DNA of 51,248 nucleotides from a virus: IMG/VR virus record IMGVR_UViG_3300009656_000002; one strand, 5' to 3'. Shown piece by piece: positions 46,309 to 51,248 of this stretch (position 1 is its first letter; each line of letters starts with the position of its first letter). The notes under the pieces were generated by a model. It saw only the letters and a program-made list of their open reading frames with translations, ran no database searches and was not told where the DNA came from. The position numbers and the translations under genes were made by a program.

Positions 46309-46647
46309 GTGACGGTCATCTCAACGGGGTGGAGCGAGGTCGAGAGCCAGATCTGCGAGATGAAGCGGGCCGGGGTGACGACGGCCGAGATCGCCCTCCA
46401 CGTCGGGTGGGGCCTGGAGGCGATCCGGCGCGTCCTGAAGAAGCACGGGATCAAGACCAACCCGTTTGGGCTCTCGCTCATCTGGACCGCCGAGGAGGAG
46501 GCGGCGATCGACGGGGCCACAACGCCCCACGAGGCGATCGTCCGGTACCGGGCCGCCATGGGCGAGCGCGCCCGGCGAACCGACGACGCGATCCGGCACA
46601 AGCGGCTGACCATGATCCGGGACGCCGCCCGGAAGGGGTCGCGATGA
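46309..46647 (+). CDS. HTH + Myb/SANT-like repeat protein
   Basis: EIALHVGWGLEAIRRVLKKHG; WTAEEE...YRAAMG...RTDDAI. Confidence 0.7.
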   Translation: MTVISTGWSEVESQICEMKRAGVTTAEIALHVGWGLEAIRRVLKKHGIKTNPFGLSLIWTAEEEAAIDGATTPHEAIVRYRAAMGERARRTDDAIRHKRLTMIRDAARKGSR

Positions 46648-47171
46648 CCTCCATCCTCCTGCCGACCGGGTGGGGCGAGGTGAAGACCGCCATGATCGCC
46701 GACGCCGCGGCCGGGTTCACCCCGGCACAAATCGCGAAGCGCTCCGGGTGGGGCGTGAGGACGGTGTTCTCCGTCCTCCGCGCGGCCGGCGTGGAGCAAC
46801 CGAACACGACGTGGTCCGACGCGGAGAAGGCAGCGATCCGGCCGGCGACCTCGAAGAGGGAGGCCATCGCCCTCTACCGGGCGGCCATGGGCCCCGAGGC
46901 CCGGCGTACGGACATGGCGATCCGGAGCCGGTGGATGCGGGGCGGGCCCGGCCGTGATCCGACAGGACGTGGTCGCGTGACCCCGTGGTCCGACGCGGAG
47001 AAGGCCGCGATCCGGCCGGCGACATCGAAGGAGGAGGCCATCACCCTCTACCGGGCGCGGTTCCCCGACTCGAACCGGACGCCCTCTGCCATACGGAAGA
47101 TGTACAACAAGGCGCGGCGCGATGGGTCGGCGTTCCACGGGCTCGCGAAGGTGCAGGAGGGGTTGGTGTGA
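46644..47171 (+). CDS. HTH + two Myb/SANT-like repeats
   Basis: QIAKRSGWGVRTVFSVL; WSDAEKAAIRPATSK twice (DNA repeat at about 46811 and 46985). Confidence 0.75.
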   Translation: MTSILLPTGWGEVKTAMIADAAAGFTPAQIAKRSGWGVRTVFSVLRAAGVEQPNTTWSDAEKAAIRPATSKREAIALYRAAMGPEARRTDMAIRSRWMRGGPGRDPTGRGRVTPWSDAEKAAIRPATSKEEAITLYRARFPDSNRTPSAIRKMYNKARRDGSAFHGLAKVQEGLV

Positions 47172-48052
47172 ACGTCCGCCTCGTCGACATCGACAGCCGG
47201 ATCCCAAACCTCGCCCTGATGCAGGTCAGCGCCTACCACAAGGCGCAGGGCGACGAGGTCGGCTTCGATGTGAATGACCCAGATCGGGTTTACGTTAGCT
47301 GTATATTCTCGAAGAACGCGGCGACGGCGCGCGGGGTGGCGACGATGTTCCCCGGCGCCGACGTGACGCTCGGGGGCTCGGGGCTCGGCTATTCGTGGCT
47401 CCCCGAGGCCATGCAGAAGATCAGGCCCGATTACGACCTCTACCCGTCCGAATATTCGCTCGGGTTCACCTCGCGGGGCTGCATCCGGAACTGCGAGTTC
47501 TGCATCGTCCGGGCGAAGGAAGGACGGTTCCGGCGCTGGCAACACCCGCGCGAGTTCCACGACGAGCGCTTCGACACGATCGCCATGCTCGACAACAACA
47601 TACTCGCCGATAAAAAGTGGTTCTTCGAGGTCTCCGACTGGTGCCTCGCGCACCGGCTGAAGGTCGATTTTATGCAGGGGCTTGATGTCCGGCTCCTCGA
47701 CGAGGAGATCGCGGAACGGCTCAAGGCGCTCAGGTGGGCCGCCAATATCCGCTTTGCCTTCGACCACGTCGACGAGGAGCCCGCTGTGTTGCAGGGGATC
47801 CGGTTGCTCGACGCAGCCGGGATCAATCTGAGGAACGACGTTTCCTTCTTCGTCCTGGCCGGCTTCAAGGGCTCGACGTTCGAGGACGCGCTCTATCGGT
47901 GCCGGAGGCTGCGCGAGGCGGGCACGAACGCCTACGTGATGCGGTATACCCGGTCGTCGAAGCTGAACGCCCTGGCGCGGTGGGCGAACGCGCGCCAACT
48001 CTTCTGGACGATGGACTTTGCCGACTACACCCGCAAGGCGGTGGCGCCGTGA
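47168..48052 (+). CDS. Radical SAM protein
   Basis: RGCIRNCEFC (CxxxCxxC); PNLALMQVSAYHK N-terminus. Confidence 0.85.
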   Translation: MNVRLVDIDSRIPNLALMQVSAYHKAQGDEVGFDVNDPDRVYVSCIFSKNAATARGVATMFPGADVTLGGSGLGYSWLPEAMQKIRPDYDLYPSEYSLGFTSRGCIRNCEFCIVRAKEGRFRRWQHPREFHDERFDTIAMLDNNILADKKWFFEVSDWCLAHRLKVDFMQGLDVRLLDEEIAERLKALRWAANIRFAFDHVDEEPAVLQGIRLLDAAGINLRNDVSFFVLAGFKGSTFEDALYRCRRLREAGTNAYVMRYTRSSKLNALARWANARQLFWTMDFADYTRKAVAP

Positions 48053-48522
48053 GCACGGCCGCGCGCCGGCTCGGGTTCAGCTTCGCCCCGCCGAAGAAGG
48101 CGAAAGCGGGGAAGCAGCCGCACCGGCGCGTGGTCGAGGGCGGCTATACGTTCGGTAGCGAAACCGAGCGCGCGTTCTACCGGGTGCTTAAACTCTGGCG
48201 CGCGGCCGGCCGGATCACGGCGATCGAGCCGCACCCCGTCTTCACCTTCCAGGCGAAGTTCACGAACGCCCGCGGCATCAGGCGGGCCGCGCGGAAGTAC
48301 ACGGCGGACTTCCGGGTAACGCTCGCGGACGGCTCGGAGCGCGTCTTCGAGGTGAAGGGCGCGAAGAAAACGAAGGGGGTCGTCGGCCCGTTCTGGACGC
48401 TGGATTACAAGATCCGGCGGGACGCCGTCGAGCTGCAGTACGGGATCGCCATCTGGACGGTCTACCCGGACGGCGGGCAATGGATCGACGCGGACACGAA
48501 GAAGCCGGTGGTGTGGACGTGA
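48049..48522 (+). CDS. Second DUF1064-like PD-(D/E)xK endonuclease
   Basis: GYTFGSETERAFY, HPVF.FQ, YTADF.V..ADG..VFEVKG. Confidence 0.8.
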   Translation: MSTAARRLGFSFAPPKKAKAGKQPHRRVVEGGYTFGSETERAFYRVLKLWRAAGRITAIEPHPVFTFQAKFTNARGIRRAARKYTADFRVTLADGSERVFEVKGAKKTKGVVGPFWTLDYKIRRDAVELQYGIAIWTVYPDGGQWIDADTKKPVVWT

Positions 48523-48608
48523 CGGCCCGGATCATCACCGGCGACGCGCTCGCGCCGCTCCTGGCCGTGAGGACGTTGGATGCGTTCTTCGAGGAGGCGG
48601 AGGCGTGA
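48519..48608 (+). pseudogene. Internal-deletion relic of a DNA methyltransferase
   Basis: VTARIITGDAL|APLLAVRTLDAFFEEAEA* joins the N- and C-termini seen in the 15671-16633 MTase. Confidence 0.75.
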
Positions 48609-48709
48609 CCGGCGTCGCGCCCATGCCGTACCGAAAATTATGTATCAAAGTATCTATCTGGAAGTGGTAAAATGAGACGATCAACCGCCAATGGTGGTGA
48701 GGTGCAAGC

Positions 48710-49942
48710 ATGATTGGAACCCAGGCCGCACCGTCACCGGTCGGGGTTTTTGGAACCCTGCCTATATCATCCATTCGGATCAAGCCGGGCCGCCGGCCAC
48801 TGAATGAAACAAAAGTCGGTGAGATTGCCGAGTCGATCCCGGTCGTCGGTCTGATCAACCCGATCACGGTCTCGGCCGACAACGTCCTGATCGCTGGGCT
48901 CCATCGGGTCGAGGCGTTCAACCGGCTCGGTCTCAGCGAGATCCCCGCGATCGTCTTCAGCTACGACGAGATACAGGCGAAGCTCGCCGAAGTCCTCGAG
49001 AACTCCGCCCGCTCCGACCTCTCTGAACTCGCGAAAGGGCAGGCGCTCCTCGAGGCGAAGACGCTCTACGAGGCGATGCACCCCGAAACGAAACGGGGCG
49101 CCGCCGGGGCCGCCGCGAGATGGGATGCGACTGGCGAAACGCCAGTTGCATTTACAACAGTGGCGGCAAAAGAGGCGGGGAAATCGGACAGTGCTATATT
49201 TCGATCGATCCAGATCGCGAAGGCGATCGCACCCGACGTCCAGGAGGCGATCGCCGGCACCGACCTCGCCGACTCGAAAAAAGACCTGCTCAACCTCGCC
49301 CGGATCAAAGACCCAGAGAAACAGCGCGAGGTCGCCCGGAAGGTGCTCGCGGGAGAGGCGAAGGACGTCCACACGGCCTACCTCAATGTGAACCGCGCCG
49401 AGAAGCTCGAGGCGCTCGCCGAACCGGCGCCCATGAGCACCGCGGCGGGCTCCTATAATGTGATCCTCGCCGATCCCCCGTGGCGGTATGAGTTTTCAGA
49501 GACGTCCGGTCGCAAGGTCGAGAACCACTATCCGACGATGGATCTCGCCGACATCGCGGCACTGGAGATCCCGGCCGACGAGACCGCGATCCTCTTCCTA
49601 TGGACAACCGCTCCGAAGCTCGAGGAGGGGCTAGACATCCTACGGGCGTGGGGCTTCACGTACAAGACCTGCGCGATCTGGGACAAACTGAAGAAAGGGC
49701 TCGGCTACTACTTCCGCGTTCGTCACGAGATCCTGCTCGTCGGGACGCGGGGCGACTTCCCGACGCCGGCCGCCGAGACCCGCCCCGACTCGGTCTTCTC
49801 AATACCGAAGGGCGAGCACTCGGCGAAGCCCGAGATCGTCCACGAAATGATCGAGGCCATGTACCCGAAGGCCCGCCGGCTCGAGGTCTTCGCACGGGCG
49901 GCCCGGCCCGGGTGGGAGGTGTGGGGCAATGAGGTCTCATAA
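48710..49942 (+). CDS. ParB-like N-terminal domain fused to MT-A70 N6-adenine methyltransferase
   Basis: GLINPITV..LIAGLHR (ParB-N); ADPPW, HYPTM, LFLW, HSAKP and LEVFAR. Confidence 0.9.
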   Translation: MIGTQAAPSPVGVFGTLPISSIRIKPGRRPLNETKVGEIAESIPVVGLINPITVSADNVLIAGLHRVEAFNRLGLSEIPAIVFSYDEIQAKLAEVLENSARSDLSELAKGQALLEAKTLYEAMHPETKRGAAGAAARWDATGETPVAFTTVAAKEAGKSDSAIFRSIQIAKAIAPDVQEAIAGTDLADSKKDLLNLARIKDPEKQREVARKVLAGEAKDVHTAYLNVNRAEKLEALAEPAPMSTAAGSYNVILADPPWRYEFSETSGRKVENHYPTMDLADIAALEIPADETAILFLWTTAPKLEEGLDILRAWGFTYKTCAIWDKLKKGLGYYFRVRHEILLVGTRGDFPTPAAETRPDSVFSIPKGEHSAKPEIVHEMIEAMYPKARRLEVFARAARPGWEVWGNEVS

Positions 49943-50549
49943 CTTCGACGCGTGCCTCGAGTATTCGCACCGGGCATCGGTCGAAGGCATATTCGATGCC
50001 GCGTACCGCGAGTGGTTCCCCGACCTGCAACGGATCGAACTCGCCGAAGACATGGCCCGGCAGCGGAGAGGGATCGATAAGGTGCTCCACTTCGCAGCGG
50101 GCAACTCGTGGACGGTCGATGAGAAGATGCGGAAGGAAGATTATGGGGACATTCTGATCGAGACAATCTCTGTTTTCCAGAATAACCAGAAGGTGAAAAA
50201 AGGATGGATCTACACCTGCCAGTGTGACTTTATCGTCTACGGGATCGAGCCAACGCGGAAAGCGTACCTCCTCCCTGTGCCCCTCCTGAAGAAGGCGTGG
50301 TTGAAGAACCATCATGTGTGGGAGCAGACCCATCGATCGGTCACTGCCAGGAACGAGAGGAACGGATCCCGGTGGCAGACGATCTCGACGGCGGTCCCGA
50401 TCCGCGATCTCCTCGACGCGATCCGCCTCGAAATGATCAGAAACTTCCACGAAAAACCAGAATCGGGCGGGCAGATGTCGCTTTTCGACTTCAAAAAGCC
50501 GGCACTTTACCAGGACCACGAGTATTCTTTCGAGGAGATCGCCGCATGA
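49929..50549 (+). CDS. Putative PD-(D/E)xK restriction-like endonuclease
   Basis: QRRGID...VDEK...DILIE pattern; overlaps the MTase; lower GC. Confidence 0.6.
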   Translation: MRSHNFDACLEYSHRASVEGIFDAAYREWFPDLQRIELAEDMARQRRGIDKVLHFAAGNSWTVDEKMRKEDYGDILIETISVFQNNQKVKKGWIYTCQCDFIVYGIEPTRKAYLLPVPLLKKAWLKNHHVWEQTHRSVTARNERNGSRWQTISTAVPIRDLLDAIRLEMIRNFHEKPESGGQMSLFDFKKPALYQDHEYSFEEIAA

Positions 50550-50556
50550 GCCCCGA

Positions 50557-50615
50557 AACACAGTACCATTTTGGTACTAAAACACCCCCAACACAGTACT
50601 ATTTTAGTACTAAAA
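50557..50615. repeat. Two 26-bp palindromic direct repeats (AGTAC-N7-GTACT)
   Basis: 50557-50582 and 50590-50615; two compensatory differences keep the dyad intact. Confidence 0.85.
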
Positions 50616-50685
50616 GCGATGGCGACGCTGGACCCGCAGAAAGGACCGCCGAAGCCGGCGCCGGGAGCACTCGTCGAACGCGAGG

Positions 50686-50865
50686 CTATGCCGGAGCGTC
50701 GGGACTGGTGGGGAGAGGAGTGTCCGGATCGTCGAGGAGAATGACCATGCATCGGCGGCCGACCCAATCGACCGGGACGTTCACGCGGGCGCTATTGCCG
50801 CCTTCTCGGACGATCCGCTCGATTATTGAGAACCCTTCGACCTTCACCTCTATCGGCGTCGCCAT
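50686..50865 (-). CDS. DUF2080/AbrB-like small DNA-binding protein
   Basis: IERIVREGGNSARVNVPVDWVGRRCMVILL; leaderless TATA about 25-30 bp upstream. Confidence 0.8.
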   Translation of the reverse strand: MATPIEVKVEGFSIIERIVREGGNSARVNVPVDWVGRRCMVILLDDPDTPLPTSPDAPA

Positions 50866-50934
50866 GTATGCACAATGTGTGCACCAATTATATATAGTCT
50901 TAACGTGCATATTAGGTATGCACAGTGTGTGCAC
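50866..50934. promoter_or_regulatory. Divergent promoter with 19-bp direct repeats flanking a TATA box
   Basis: GTATGCACA(A/G)TGTGTGCAC at 50866-50884 and 50916-50934; ATTATATATA in between. Confidence 0.7.
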
Positions 50935-51248
50935 AGGAGGTGACGGGATAGAGACTTATTACTCCGTCGACAGGCGGGGGCGCGGAAACGCGTTTGACGT
51001 GGTTAGGCAGTCGAGGTCTGGCGAGGCACGGCACGGTTGGGCGCGGCAGGCGGTCGCCGGCGTCCTCGCTCGCCACGGGATGCCCGTCTACTCGGTGGGC
51101 GGGGCGTTCGTCCGGGGCCGGCAGGAGTCGCGCTTCGTGCGGTGGACGGATGAGGAGAAGGCAGTCGTGCGCACGGCGACCTCGCGCGCCGATGCACAGC
51201 GCCTCTATCGCGATGCGTTCCCGGACTCGAAGCGCGGGCCCGGTGCCG
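50918..51248 (+). CDS. Fourth HTH/Myb-like paralog, spanning the circular junction (stop at 159-161)
   Basis: GWARQAVAGVLARHG and RWTDEEKAVVRTATS..LYRDAFPDSKR; open frame from ATG 50918 across the junction, 122 aa. Confidence 0.65.
   Translation, partial: MHSVCTGGDGIETYYSVDRRGRGNAFDVVRQSRSGEARHGWARQAVAGVLARHGMPVYSVGGAFVRGRQESRFVRWTDEEKAVVRTATSRADAQRLYRDAFPDSKRGPGA
51126..51248. repeat. Terminal direct repeat, right copy
   Basis: Identical to 1-123. Confidence 0.95.

Noticed and set aside
48710-49100. Plasmid partition system
   Set aside because: The ParB-like domain is fused to an MTase, and no ParA or centromere was identified
1-51248. tRNA/rRNA genes, integrase/att sites, IS transposases
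   Set aside because: No cloverleaf, recombinase or transposase motifs recognised by eye; a tRNAscan/HMM search would be needed to exclude them fully

Overview
Apparently complete circular genome (51,125 bp plus a 123-bp terminal assembly overlap) of a GC-rich tailed dsDNA virus (Caudoviricetes, siphovirus-like). Nearly all genes are on the + strand. The host is most likely an S-layer archaeon of the Methanomicrobiales/Methanoculleus type. Support for this: TTTTTAAG/TATA promoters, GGTGA/GAGGTG ribosome-binding sites, a DUF2080 gene, a GINS-like gene, PKD and beta-helix adhesins, and no recognisable peptidoglycan or pseudomurein lysin. Gene order: regulators and a candidate origin; terS; terL with a class-3 mini-intein; an accessory block with DUF4417 and three proteins sharing an MGG(N/S)GASS leader; a portal fused to a JAB domain; two modular cargo genes; an MTase; MuF; the head module; a non-contractile tail module (with a -1 frameshift chaperone and a TMP ending in a PKD domain); adhesins; then early, regulatory and DNA-modification genes. 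I recognised no integrase, polymerase, helicase, tRNA, CRISPR array or reverse transcriptase. The two strongest candidate new systems are (i) a chain of recombining [Cys/His domain]-(I/L)AE-[WxTxxG motif]-[variable effector] cassettes attached to the portal, and (ii) DUF4417 with its shared-leader partner proteins. All family calls come from motif recognition by eye, not database searches. Start codons were re-chosen by hand where the ORF track extended through overlaps.
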